Position numbers and translations under genes: made by a program | Shown here: in pieces, positions 34,009-44,267 of the stretch | How the letters are laid out: each line of letters starts with the position of its first letter | Numbering within the stretch: position 1 is the stretch's first letter | Notes under the pieces: generated by a model | What the model saw: only the letters and a program-made list of their open reading frames with translations | Database searches by the model: none | What the model was told of the DNA's origin: nothing | DNA from: a virus | Lineage: Duplodnaviria > Caudoviricetes | Length of the DNA stretch: 52,097 nucleotides | Virus record (IMG/VR): IMGVR_UViG_3300049847_000386 | Coordinates: 1 to 52,097 of that record | Direction: 5' to 3' (one strand)

Positions 34009-34866
34009 TCAGTCGTTGGTGGCGATTGCGTAAATCCCACAAGATCCGACAGGCGAGATGGATGCGGTCACGATGTCTCGTCCGCTGATTCCGCTGTTTT
34101 CACAGGACATCACCGACGAACCTCCACGATAAAATGCCAAGATGTAGCTGTCGGTCCCGTCCGTAACGATGCATGCCCGAAGACGCTGTTCTGCCGTGGA
34201 CATGTCATTGCAGGAGGCGCAATCAGGGCTGGCATCGGTGATCATCGCCACCCGCCACACCACCGCACCACCATCCCCGCAGGTTGTGGGCGTGCTGGTG
34301 GGCACAGGCAAGGCCCCGTCGTTCTGATTCCATGGGCCGGCTGGGGAGCCCGATGGGTTGAAGTAGGTGTACAAGTATCCCGGGGTCGCCGAGCTGGTGA
34401 TCACCCAATCACCTCCAGGGGCATTGAGCATGATGCTGTCAAGCAGGCGCGTGCCGCCCACCTTCGTCCAGACCGAAGCTCCGTTCTCTTCACCATCCAA
34501 GCAGTAGGTGCCGTTCACCGCAGCGGTTCCTGCCCCGCTCACCACCCATGCCGATGTCCCGTCGACGATGGTAGCACATTCCAGCAGCGCTTCTTCCAGC
34601 GTAAGGGGTGCGGCGCATGAGACGCGCGGGGCGTAAGTGGAGCACAGCTCCGCTGATAGAACGCTGGTCACATCGCACCGGATAGCGCCAGCATTCACAT
34701 CCAGAGAAGCAAGCAGCATCCCGAGCAGCCCAGCTGCCGAATTGCAGTCCAGCGGTTCGCCCGCGTCAGCCTGGGTGATTAGCAGCCGAGCGCAGCCGTC
34801 CGCGTCCACAAGCCCGACATGCCGGACAAGTGAATCGACGCTGGCGATCGTGTTGCTGCAGTCCAT
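34009..34866 (-). CDS. Cys-rich putative virion protein with inserted beta module
   Basis: Start MDCSNT; repeated Cys-led units and a VSGAG..VNGTY module. Confidence 0.6.
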   Translation of the reverse strand: MDCSNTIASVDSLVRHVGLVDADGCARLLITQADAGEPLDCNSAAGLLGMLLASLDVNAGAIRCDVTSVLSAELCSTYAPRVSCAAPLTLEEALLECATIVDGTSAWVVSGAGTAAVNGTYCLDGEENGASVWTKVGGTRLLDSIMLNAPGGDWVITSSATPGYLYTYFNPSGSPAGPWNQNDGALPVPTSTPTTCGDGGAVVWRVAMITDASPDCASCNDMSTAEQRLRACIVTDGTDSYILAFYRGGSSVMSCENSGISGRDIVTASISPVGSCGIYAIATND

Positions 34867-34925
34867 TTTCGGGTTGGGTATGCAAAGGGCCGCTCGTCGC
34901 GGCCCTTTCACGTGGGGTGGGTCGC

Positions 34926-35165
34926 TTAGGTCTCCTCGATGAGGATGATGGCAGGCTTGCCGTCGTCGCTCACGCCGATCACGTATCGGGCGATCTGCTC
35001 CAGCGTGAGGTTGTTGCCCTCGCACTGCCGAACGCTCTCGATGTTGGCTGCGGCAGCCGATACGCGCACCGTGCGCAGGCCGTAGTTGCCAGCGATGTCC
35101 TTGACAAGGAGGCTGTTGAGCAGCTCCTCGATGCTGATGCTGATGTTGTCGCAGTTCACTGCCAT
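34926..35165 (-). CDS. Small putative virion protein with two Cys-led repeats
   Basis: CDNISISIEELL and CEGNNLTLEQIA. Confidence 0.65.
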   Translation of the reverse strand: MAVNCDNISISIEELLNSLLVKDIAGNYGLRTVRVSAAAANIESVRQCEGNNLTLEQIARYVIGVSDDGKPAIILIEET

Positions 35166-35196
35166 CGTCGTAGGTGTTGAAGGTTACCCTGGGCGC

Positions 35197-35751
35197 TTAG
35201 GCCATCGGGTTATCGATGCGGAGGGGCGCGAACTGGCTCTTCCACTTCATTTCCAGCTTCAGGATGGCGTAGTCGTCATCGCTCTCGGCGATCTCCTCCC
35301 ATCCGCGCCAGTTGACCAGGATGCCTGCGTTGCCGCCGTAGAGCTTGCCGCCCAGCGTGCCGTACCACATGCGGTACTGGCGGTTGCAGCCGGTCGCCCG
35401 GGCCGCCTCGTAGTTGGTATCGCTGTTGTCGTCCACCGTGGCAGCGAGGGTGAACTCCTGGGGGGAGTAGACCCGGCGCTGGCCGCTGATCTTCTTCTCG
35501 GTCTGCGAAGGAGCGGCGATGCTGCCAATCACCGTGAGCTCACGGATCGCGTTGGCGTTGCTGCCGCTGGCGCTGATGCGCGAGGCCCATTCGGCGGGGT
35601 CGGTCCAGTCGGTCAGCGGGTAACCGTCGTTGGACAGGTAGATAACGCTCACCTGGGCCTGAAGCAGGGCCGGGGCGCACTGGCTGAAGCTGACGGTGGG
35701 GAGGATGGCCGTGCAGTCCGCAGGGCAAACGATGGTTTCGATGGAGGCCAT
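35197..35751 (-). CDS. Putative major tail tube protein
   Basis: 184 aa, beta-rich, with its own consensus promoter; size and location fit a siphovirus tube protein. Confidence 0.6.
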   Translation of the reverse strand: MASIETIVCPADCTAILPTVSFSQCAPALLQAQVSVIYLSNDGYPLTDWTDPAEWASRISASGSNANAIRELTVIGSIAAPSQTEKKISGQRRVYSPQEFTLAATVDDNSDTNYEAARATGCNRQYRMWYGTLGGKLYGGNAGILVNWRGWEEIAESDDDYAILKLEMKWKSQFAPLRIDNPMA

Positions 35752-35773
35752 GTTGATGGTCGTGTTGTGGATG

Positions 35774-35781
35774 CAAACCTA
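35774..35781 (-). promoter_or_regulatory. Bacteroidota -7 promoter element TAGGTTTG
   Basis: Perfect TAnnTTTG in the gap, 22 nt upstream of the ATG at 35751. Confidence 0.6.
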
Positions 35782-35831
35782 TGCGGGCGAATGTGCCGGA
35801 CAACGCGTCGGGCATCATTGTAACGATTCGT

Positions 35832-37832
35832 TCACGGGCAGTTGAAGAATACCTTTGAGCCGTAGCCGATGATGCACTCGCCCACCATCACCTTGATGCG
35901 GTAGTATTCATTCGTGGCGTTGGGGCGCGTAATATCCACGCCCACCAGCCAATCGTCCGCCGACAATTCGATGTCGGTGTCCTCCCACGTGGTGCCGTCG
36001 CTGCTTCGCTGAAGCACCCCAACATGCCCAGGCATGACCACCGCGGCCACGGACTGCACGCAGTCGCCATCCACCTCTTCGGTCGGTGCTTCGTATGCGA
36101 TCAGCGCCACGCTCGACCAGCCCAGCGTGTTCAGGTCGAAGTAGACGTGGTACGGCGATCCTTCACCCCGAACAATTTGGGCCAATCCACTTTCGCATGT
36201 GGTGTAGGGCTGGAACGCATCGCCAGTGTAATAGGCGAATCGCGGCTGATTGCGGAACAGGTAGTAGTCGTCGTTCGCTAATGTCCCGTCATCGAATCCG
36301 GCCGCACTCACACAGGATTCACGGCAAGGTGGATCGAAGTCATCGCAGCAGGCCACCGTTGCGCTTTCCAATTGAAAGGTGATTGTGACCTCGGCCAAGC
36401 ACTCGCCGAAGTCCTCCTGCCAATCCACCGCCACCCGCACGTTGGTCATCACGTCGGGGGAAAGGCCCACTGCGGTCAGACGCACGGTATCGTACAGCGG
36501 CAGGTCCGAAAGAGCGTCCGCGATGTACCACGGCCGCAGGCCCAGCTTCAGCGTCCACGTGGTTTCCTTTCGCTTGGATACATCGATGCGCGAACCGTCC
36601 GCCTTGGTCTTCTGCTCGATCACCGTATTCACCTCGGGCACGATCGGGTAGATGGACTGTTCGAGGAACATCGCCTGCACGAATCCACCGGCCGCGTAGG
36701 TGTTGCCCACGTTGCCGCAGTTGGACCAGTCCAGCTTGTAGAAACACTCGTTCACCGTGGCTGCGCATCCGATGGTGAGCCCGGTCAGGCACCCATCGAA
36801 CCCACCAGAAGGGAACACGGTCAGCAGCGTGTCCGCGCCCACGAAGAAGGTGAACGTGGTCGTTCCGTCCTCTTCGATGATGGCCATGACGCTCTGAAAT
36901 CCCAGCTCGCCAACATGCACGTTCAGCTCGCCGGTTGTCCTGCCCGTGACCGTAAGCGTGAACTGCATCACCGATTCGCTGCACGCCGAAATGTGGTCCT
37001 GCGGCGTGAAGTTCATTCGCCGGAACTCCGGTGTCTGGCCAGTTCCGGTGAAGCACATGCCATCGCCGTCCACGGTCATTGGATCTGTTGCAAGGCCCTG
37101 CCAGGCACCAGCATTGAACCGGTACCAGTTGCCGCTCTTCGAATCGTACCAGCTCGTTGATGTTCCGGGCGTGGAGGATGCCCAGCTTCCGCCCGAATAG
37201 GTGTAAAGCAGGTTGTCGCCGAAGTTGGCCACCAGCGCACCTTCAACGGCAAATGCAGGATCGGTCGGGGTGCCCGCCACCAGCGTGGAGCCAATCAGCG
37301 TTCGACCATCCCCGAACTGAACATGCCACAACCCGGAAGGATTGGCCTGTGAACTGTACAGGCCAGCGGCGAACGGATCCACGGTAAGGCTGTTGGGCAG
37401 GTACGTGCGACATACAACGGTCACGGGCTCGCTGTAGTAGGTCACCCCGCCGCTCACGATCCGAGCCCAATACCGGCCGCTGTCAATGGCGCTGTCGCCG
37501 AAGACCTGCTCGTTGTAGGTGATGTAATCCACCCCGGACGCTTGGAAGTAGGTCAGGTTGATGATCTGGTCCGCAAGGTCCAGCACCATCGCGGCATCAT
37601 CCCCGGGGCCGTCGTACAGCTTCCAGCTCGTCACCAGGTCCATGGACGAAGGCCGCACGAACTGGAACGGGGGCAGGCTGTCACCGGGCCAGATCAGCGC
37701 GAACGAACAACTGTCCCAATCCCACAGATCGGCGCACTGCCGCTGGTTCCCGTTCAGCCAGGCCGCCGAATCGTACCAGCGCCATGGCGTCTTGATCTGG
37801 CCATTGAAGTTGGGGATTGACGGGCTGGGCAT
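35832..37832 (-). CDS. Minor tail / baseplate-type structural protein
   Basis: 666 aa, beta- and Cys-rich, downstream of the tape measure gene. Confidence 0.6.
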   Translation of the reverse strand: MPSPSIPNFNGQIKTPWRWYDSAAWLNGNQRQCADLWDWDSCSFALIWPGDSLPPFQFVRPSSMDLVTSWKLYDGPGDDAAMVLDLADQIINLTYFQASGVDYITYNEQVFGDSAIDSGRYWARIVSGGVTYYSEPVTVVCRTYLPNSLTVDPFAAGLYSSQANPSGLWHVQFGDGRTLIGSTLVAGTPTDPAFAVEGALVANFGDNLLYTYSGGSWASSTPGTSTSWYDSKSGNWYRFNAGAWQGLATDPMTVDGDGMCFTGTGQTPEFRRMNFTPQDHISACSESVMQFTLTVTGRTTGELNVHVGELGFQSVMAIIEEDGTTTFTFFVGADTLLTVFPSGGFDGCLTGLTIGCAATVNECFYKLDWSNCGNVGNTYAAGGFVQAMFLEQSIYPIVPEVNTVIEQKTKADGSRIDVSKRKETTWTLKLGLRPWYIADALSDLPLYDTVRLTAVGLSPDVMTNVRVAVDWQEDFGECLAEVTITFQLESATVACCDDFDPPCRESCVSAAGFDDGTLANDDYYLFRNQPRFAYYTGDAFQPYTTCESGLAQIVRGEGSPYHVYFDLNTLGWSSVALIAYEAPTEEVDGDCVQSVAAVVMPGHVGVLQRSSDGTTWEDTDIELSADDWLVGVDITRPNATNEYYRIKVMVGECIIGYGSKVFFNCP

Positions 37833-37838
37833 GGGTGA

Positions 37839-38243
37839 TTACCAATTTGCGATGTAGTGGATTCCGGCGCCGTCCAACTCGGTGGGTGGAAGCGTTATCG
37901 GCAAGGGCTCCAGAGACGGAGATCCAGTTAGCGACAGGACAATATTCATCGTGTCTCCGCTGACGTTGAAGAAGAACAGCGTGTCCTTCCTGTAGATGTT
38001 CGCCTCACTTCCCCCGAGCGTGTACAGCAGCCCCGGGCTATCCGCATTGCACACCAGACGGTAGGGGTGGAACAGCTGCGTTGCCCGAGATACAAATACG
38101 CTCACTGAATCACAGGGGCCATCGGACACCAGGATGTGCGCTTGTCGGAAGATGGGGTATTCAGGACCGGCCATGTCGTCGTGCGACTTGTCGCAAGAGA
38201 TCAACAGCGTCAATGCGACCAATGCCAATGTTGCAGCTTTCAT
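37839..38243 (-). CDS. Lipoprotein
   Basis: MKAATLALVALTLLIS-C lipobox followed by DKSHDD, resembling the Bacteroidota lipoprotein export signal. Confidence 0.75.
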   Translation of the reverse strand: MKAATLALVALTLLISCDKSHDDMAGPEYPIFRQAHILVSDGPCDSVSVFVSRATQLFHPYRLVCNADSPGLLYTLGGSEANIYRKDTLFFFNVSGDTMNIVLSLTGSPSLEPLPITLPPTELDGAGIHYIANW

Positions 38244-38265
38244 CGTTGTTCGGATTTTGGGAAAG

Positions 38266-40476
38266 CTACCAAGAATAGGTCAATGACAGTGTCAATACGC
38301 CCTTGTCGTCATACTCTGCGGACACCACGCGGGCCTTCCGGTTCAGCAGCGCACCGAGCTTTGTGATCAGCGGAAGCCGTGGGTCAAAGTCGAAGATGGA
38401 GCAGCACAGCTTCACGATGAATTGGGCTTGCTTGATCGTCGGCTCGTACCCTTTGAAATCCACGTCGGCATCATTCAGCCGGCCGGATGGAAGGTATCGG
38501 TTCCATAGCCAGTAGTTTGCCATGATGCTGGCTGTGCTCAAGGGCTCATTCGTGACCAGCCCGCCCGTCAGCTTGCCGGTTGCGATGATTACGTTATGCC
38601 CGGAAACTCCATCGGTGCACGCCAGAAAGGTCCACCCGTTCTTGTCCACTGCGCCATCGTTCAGCGTCCCGCTCGATTGAACCAGAGCGATGTCGGTGAT
38701 CACCTCGCGCAGCTCCTTTGTTTTGACGACCAGGCTTTCGCGCCCACCAACGCAGGAACCGGAATACACGATGTCCCTGCCGATGAAGTCCTCGCCCGAA
38801 GACGCCATCCATTCAATGCGCTCAAGCGACGGGATCTCGGCACTGAGCGATTCGTACTCAAGCGCCTCCGCATTCTCGAACGACCGGACATCAATGCCGT
38901 CCTGCTCGCTCCAGTAGATCCAGTGCTCAAGAACAAGCCGCCCTTCGTCGTCGATGTCCCAGAACACTTGGAACACGGACAGCATACGGAGCATGCCGCT
39001 AACCGTCCACTCCCCGATCCTTCCTGGGTTGGTGGCCGTTGGAAGTAGCGCATCGTCGTTGTGGATGAGGAACAGGTCGGTCAGGTCGTTGGTCACATAC
39101 GAATCCCCGTTGGCGACCAGCACGTAATTCTCTGTGCTTACCACGTCCGGGTTCCATTGGAAGAAGTCGCTCTTTACCGATCGCACAGAGCATCCCAGCT
39201 TCTCCAGCCCCCACGTTAGGCAGTCGATCAATTTCCTGGCCCGCGTGTATTCTATTGGGGTGCCGTTGTTCAGGCAGATGTACCAATGCCCAAGGTCAAA
39301 GCGATTCACTATCCGCGTCTTCTCCTCAAGGTCGGTGTTCCCAGATTCAAATGGATCCAGGTGGTACATCACCATTGCATAGGAACCATCGCAAGGAGAA
39401 TCATACGGCGGTGTCGTAGCCTGCAGCGGGGTCCCGAACGTGTATGCGATGGTTGGGTGCCTTGTCCAGAATGAACGACCGAACGGAATGGGCGGCGAAT
39501 AGGCCCCAGAACAGCTATTTGCCCTCAGCACCCAACCACTGCCGGGTGGTGAGACGGCCACACCATTGACGCACTCCGTTACGGCCACCTCGCGCCAATA
39601 CAGGTTCCTGCCGTCGAAGTCCAGGCCAGTATCAGCATAGCCCATCAGCCCCATGGTGCCCGCCTCCCCAAGACTGCCATACGATCCGGTGACTGAGAAC
39701 TGAATTCCCTGCGGGATCACAATGGCGGATACTGTTTCCGGCGGCACCGCAAGAAGGTTCATCTTGCGGTCGACCCGGTCGAGGATGCACGAGTATCGGT
39801 CCAGCACCGTGGGCCGAATGCTGAACTGGCAGCTATCGTAGTTGAAGCCTCCTGCACCAACGCTGAAGACCCCGGTCCACAAAGTGCGCCACCTGCCGCT
39901 GCACTTCTCCTGGTATCGAATGAACACGTCCTCGCACCTGCGGCCGCTGTCCATGTTCATCGCGTTGAAGCGCGTATAATCTGCACCAACGAAAACCAGC
40001 GTTGTTGACAGCTTGCGGCGGAAGAATATCTGCCCGTCGTTCAGGTTCCTCTCATCGGTAAACTTCGCCGGGTTCAGCGGGTGAACATCGATGAAGAACT
40101 CAGGGGTTGCTGGCAATACTTCAGCGGATGGGCGCGGCAATATGCCGCTTCCGGGCGGACTGTAGGACCCGTCGTACACAAGCCACAGGTTCGCATCCGC
40201 AAGGTTGCTGCTTGCCCGAGCGTACTTGATGTTCAACGAGGATGTCGAAGCAAGGCCGCCGCTGGTTAAAAACCATACGCCCAACCCTGCCGAATAGTAG
40301 AACGTGTCCTCGCCCAATACGCCTCCCAGCTTGGTCCATGATTCAGCATCGCCGAAGGGTGCGGCATCCTTGCAATATCGGCCGTTCACCGAACCTGATC
40401 CGGCCAGAGACAGAATGAATCCGCCTGCCGGACACAACCGATACGGGTCCGCAATAAGTTGCCAGCGCTTGTCCAT
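38266..40476 (-). CDS. Tail tip / hub-type structural protein
   Basis: 736 aa directly after the tape measure gene. Confidence 0.6.
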   Translation of the reverse strand: MDKRWQLIADPYRLCPAGGFILSLAGSGSVNGRYCKDAAPFGDAESWTKLGGVLGEDTFYYSAGLGVWFLTSGGLASTSSLNIKYARASSNLADANLWLVYDGSYSPPGSGILPRPSAEVLPATPEFFIDVHPLNPAKFTDERNLNDGQIFFRRKLSTTLVFVGADYTRFNAMNMDSGRRCEDVFIRYQEKCSGRWRTLWTGVFSVGAGGFNYDSCQFSIRPTVLDRYSCILDRVDRKMNLLAVPPETVSAIVIPQGIQFSVTGSYGSLGEAGTMGLMGYADTGLDFDGRNLYWREVAVTECVNGVAVSPPGSGWVLRANSCSGAYSPPIPFGRSFWTRHPTIAYTFGTPLQATTPPYDSPCDGSYAMVMYHLDPFESGNTDLEEKTRIVNRFDLGHWYICLNNGTPIEYTRARKLIDCLTWGLEKLGCSVRSVKSDFFQWNPDVVSTENYVLVANGDSYVTNDLTDLFLIHNDDALLPTATNPGRIGEWTVSGMLRMLSVFQVFWDIDDEGRLVLEHWIYWSEQDGIDVRSFENAEALEYESLSAEIPSLERIEWMASSGEDFIGRDIVYSGSCVGGRESLVVKTKELREVITDIALVQSSGTLNDGAVDKNGWTFLACTDGVSGHNVIIATGKLTGGLVTNEPLSTASIMANYWLWNRYLPSGRLNDADVDFKGYEPTIKQAQFIVKLCCSIFDFDPRLPLITKLGALLNRKARVVSAEYDDKGVLTLSLTYSW

Positions 40477-43400
40477 TACGGGCGGGTGATGATGGTTTCG
40501 CCTGGGCGCCGCGTGATGCGCGTGCCGTTGGGCAGCGTCTCGGTCTGCGTGCGGTTCTTGGCATCCTTGCGGAGCGAAACGACCTCCTCGGTGAGCCGGT
40601 CAATCCGGGCTTCCAATCCGCGCACGTCCATGGCTGGGGCGGCGGCGGATCGCTCCTGCGTCTGGATGTCCTCGCGCACGGCCTTCTCCGAGACCTTCAC
40701 GCCAGTGCCGCGAAGCATGTCGGACAAGTCGATGGAATCCAACAGGGGCCGAAGCACGTGGGGCGGCAGCTTGCTGAAGTCGTCATCGACGATTGCGCCA
40801 ACGATGTGCTTGTACTTCCGGTTGTTGCGTGCGGAGATCACAGCCTCCCCTTCGTCCAGCATCGCCGGAATAGTGTCCCGGCCCTTCGGTGATCCGTTCA
40901 GCTGCACGCTCTTCGTTCCACGGTAGAGGCCTTGTGGTTGCGATGCCGCGGCAATCTTGGCCTTGAATCCGGCGAAGAAGGAATACGTCTGCGCAATCAG
41001 TGCGAAGGCCGTGAGCAGCCCAATCCCGAACGGTAGGCCGCTCAAACCTTGGATCGTCTGGGCCGCGCTTGTGGCCAAGGCGCTGGCCTGCGAAATGCTA
41101 TCAAGGACCACCTGTTGGCGGGCGAGCTTCTGCTTTTCAGCCTGAATGCGCTTCTTCTCCGCAAGGGCCTTCTCTTCCGCCGCCTTGTTCGCAGCGATCG
41201 CGGCCAGCGTCCCGTTCAGATTATTGGCCAGGCCCAGCTTGTTCGCTTCCTCATCCTTGGCAAGCTGCGCCTGAAGTTCATCCCCGCGCCTGCGGTAGTC
41301 CTCGATCAGCGCATCCGTGGCGCTGATCTGTTGGTCGAGCTGCTGCTGCTGCGCTGCGTTCGCCTGCTTGGCAATGTCGAATGCTGCGGTGATGAAGTCG
41401 CCGGCCGCCTTGTTGAAGACGTCGGCATCGGCACCCTCCAGGTTGAACAGGTCGGACAGCTTGAAGGGCTTGATCTGCGACTTCATATCGCCCAGCTCCT
41501 TCTTCAGTTTGCTGATGACGTTCTTCGCTGCTGCGATTTCCGCATTCGCCCTGTCGGAACCATCGCTGACGATCAAGGCCAGCGCTGCATTGGCCCCCTT
41601 GATCTTCACCTTCAGCAGTTCGATCTGTAGGGCCTTCTCCTGCGCTACGCTTAGGTTGCCGCCGTTCAGTTGCGCCTCCAGGATGTCCACCTGCGTCTGC
41701 GTCTCCACCGCGATCCGGTCACCCCCCAGCCTCTTCTGTACGGCTGCCGTCTGGATCTGTGCGTCCGCCTCAATCTCCGCTTCTGTGGCACCCGCATCCT
41801 TGAGCTTCTTGGCACGCTCGGCGAGCAGCTTGTCAAGTTCCGCCAGCTGCTTCACATCGGAATCGCCAGACGCATCAGCCAGCGTCTGGTCGAACTCGGC
41901 CTGCAATGCCGCCCGGTCTTCGTAATGGGCCATCCAAACGAGCAGCCGGGCGGAAGCCAGCGCCTCGTCCTGCTTGGTGCTGAGTTGGCCACCTCCGTCG
42001 TCGATGATGGCGTCCGCGCGGGCCTGTTTCTGGCGCTCTGTGAGCTTGTCGAAGGCTTCGTCGCCCACCTTGGCCCGGAGCTCGCCCAGGGCGATCTCGC
42101 GGCGCAGGTTGCGCTCCAGCACCCGGATCTCCTCGTCCGAGGCGGCCTTGCGCAGGCGAACCTGCTCCATTGGGTCGGCCTTGTCCAGCTCCAGGGCCTT
42201 GATCTTCTCGGCCAGATCCTTCTCGATGGCCTCGATGTTCGCAGCCAGCTGCTCTCGGATGCGAAGGCGAAGCTCGGCCGCGGCCTTCTCCTTGTCCAGT
42301 TGCTCCTGCAGCTTATCGGCGGCCTTGGCAGCGTCCTGCTCACGCTTTGCCGCCAGCTCGGCCTGTCCCTGTAGTTCAGCCTCGCGGAACTGAGCCTTCT
42401 TGTCGTAGTAGGCCTTTTCCACATCCACAAGCTTGGCGCTCTCGTCCAGCCCCAGCTTAAGCCGAAGCGTGGCGAATGCGGCGGCATCGGCCACCTCCTT
42501 CTCACCGGTTCGCTCGTTCTCCTTGATGGCCCGGCGCTTCGTCTCCTGAAGGCTCTGGAATGCCACTCGTTGCACATCAATAGAATCCAGTGCCGATCCG
42601 CGCAGCTTCTGGTCGACCAGCCGTTGCCGCTCGGCGTCCTTGGCCAGTTCTGCCGAGGTGCGCTCGATGCTGGAGCGTCGGCCAGCCTGGAAGTCCTCGA
42701 TGCGCTTCAGTCGCTCAGCCTCCAGCTTTGCCAGCAGCTCGGCCTGGTCCAGCTCACCCTCCAGCTGCCTGCGCTTCACCGGGCGCTGTAACCGCTCCAG
42801 CAGGTCGTCATACGTCTCCACGGCCTGCTCCGTGTTGTTGGCGAAGAGGAACATTGCGCCCGCCAAGGCCAGAAGGATGGCAACCGCAGCAGTAAGCGGG
42901 TTGGCCAGCAGCGCAGCCGTGAAGGCGCGAACCCCACCAGCTGCGCCAGTGGATGCTACTCCAACAGCCTCGGTTGCCACAGCCTCCTCGCCCTTGGAGA
43001 TTGCATCAGCCTCAGAGGCCAGCGCTGCCGCTTCGGAAGCCTCGGCCGTAAGCCCCAGAACGGCCCGGACGTTTTCAAAGGCGTCCTTGAAGTCGCGGAT
43101 GAATCCCTGTGCGCCTTGGATGGCGAACAGGAACGATTGGAACTTGTAGATGGTCTCTTGGATGGCCTGATTGCCGTTCGAGAAGGTGACGAAGAAGCCC
43201 CCCACGGCCTGGGCGCCGGACGCGATGGCGTTGCCGAACTGCGAGAACGCAGCCAGCTTGTCGCCCGGGTTCAATGCCTTAATCCGGTCGCCAACGTCGG
43301 AGATCTCCTTTCGAAGAAGCGCTGCTGCCCGCGTGGCATCCAAGAACTCGTCGCTGTTTTTTCCGAACTCCTGACCGATGCGCTGTGCCTCCCGGACAGC

Positions 43401-43973
43401 TTCTCGGTATTGCTGCGCGAGCGTTTTCGTGGATTCGACCGAATCATCGATAGCGGCCGGCAATTCGCTGGTTGCATGAATAGCCTCCCGCATGGTGTCC
43501 ACCACCTCGGTCACCTCCACGAGGAGCTTGCCTTCCTCGGCGGTCACCTTCTTGGCCTCCACCAGCGCCTCAATCCGGGCACGCTTCTCGGCCGTAATGC
43601 TCCGCACCACGATTCCCTGCGTCTGAGCGATTGAACGCAGAGCTGCGTTGACGTTGGTCAGGTTCGTCTTGTCTGTTGCGGCAAGCCCAGACTGCGCCTG
43701 CTCGGTCAGGTCGGCGACCTCCTGCAGGTTGCGGGCCAGAGATTGCAGTCCTTGGCCAGAGCTCTTGGCCAGCGCTACAACGAGCTGGCTTGCGGCCGAT
43801 ACGTTGGCCCCGAACTTTCGGGCGCCCTCCGAGGACTGGCTCAGGTCCTCTTGGATGCCAGCGTGGACCTTCTTGTGCGCGTCACCCAGCCCGTTCACTT
43901 CCGCCTGCATCACCTGCAGGTCCTTGAACAGACTTCCGCCTGCCCTGAACTCCAGATCTACCGGGTTTGCCAT
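40476..43973 (-). CDS. Tail tape measure protein
   Basis: 1165 aa, Ala/Glu/Gln-rich helical protein with hydrophobic patches; preceded by the chaperone pair. Confidence 0.88.
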   Translation of the reverse strand: MANPVDLEFRAGGSLFKDLQVMQAEVNGLGDAHKKVHAGIQEDLSQSSEGARKFGANVSAASQLVVALAKSSGQGLQSLARNLQEVADLTEQAQSGLAATDKTNLTNVNAALRSIAQTQGIVVRSITAEKRARIEALVEAKKVTAEEGKLLVEVTEVVDTMREAIHATSELPAAIDDSVESTKTLAQQYREAVREAQRIGQEFGKNSDEFLDATRAAALLRKEISDVGDRIKALNPGDKLAAFSQFGNAIASGAQAVGGFFVTFSNGNQAIQETIYKFQSFLFAIQGAQGFIRDFKDAFENVRAVLGLTAEASEAAALASEADAISKGEEAVATEAVGVASTGAAGGVRAFTAALLANPLTAAVAILLALAGAMFLFANNTEQAVETYDDLLERLQRPVKRRQLEGELDQAELLAKLEAERLKRIEDFQAGRRSSIERTSAELAKDAERQRLVDQKLRGSALDSIDVQRVAFQSLQETKRRAIKENERTGEKEVADAAAFATLRLKLGLDESAKLVDVEKAYYDKKAQFREAELQGQAELAAKREQDAAKAADKLQEQLDKEKAAAELRLRIREQLAANIEAIEKDLAEKIKALELDKADPMEQVRLRKAASDEEIRVLERNLRREIALGELRAKVGDEAFDKLTERQKQARADAIIDDGGGQLSTKQDEALASARLLVWMAHYEDRAALQAEFDQTLADASGDSDVKQLAELDKLLAERAKKLKDAGATEAEIEADAQIQTAAVQKRLGGDRIAVETQTQVDILEAQLNGGNLSVAQEKALQIELLKVKIKGANAALALIVSDGSDRANAEIAAAKNVISKLKKELGDMKSQIKPFKLSDLFNLEGADADVFNKAAGDFITAAFDIAKQANAAQQQQLDQQISATDALIEDYRRRGDELQAQLAKDEEANKLGLANNLNGTLAAIAANKAAEEKALAEKKRIQAEKQKLARQQVVLDSISQASALATSAAQTIQGLSGLPFGIGLLTAFALIAQTYSFFAGFKAKIAAASQPQGLYRGTKSVQLNGSPKGRDTIPAMLDEGEAVISARNNRKYKHIVGAIVDDDFSKLPPHVLRPLLDSIDLSDMLRGTGVKVSEKAVREDIQTQERSAAAPAMDVRGLEARIDRLTEEVVSLRKDAKNRTQTETLPNGTRITRRPGETIITRP

Positions 43974-44267
43974 GGCTTACAGCGGAGTTTTTCGCGCGCT
44001 CGCGCAGTTTTTCGAAGTGGATGTCCAGCGCATCGTAGAAGTCGTACACGTCCATGCTGCGCCATGCCTGGGCCTCGCTGGCGACACCACCGGATAGGAC
44101 GTAGAGCAGTTCATGATTCCTCCGCTTAATGGTCTGCAGCCTTACTTCGAAGTGTTGTCGCCCTGCGCCTTCTTCTCGGGTTCGATCGGCTTCGAAGTAT
44201 CGCGGGAAGCGACCTTGTAAGCCTCGAAGAAGCCGGGAATGGAACGCAGGGCAAAGCCGAAAAAAAA
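43882..44267 (-). CDS. Tail assembly chaperone, -1 frameshift extension (gpGT-like)
   Basis: Open -1 frame from the slippery site; ends with a MDVYDFYDAL-type segment just before the tape measure gene. Confidence 0.55.
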
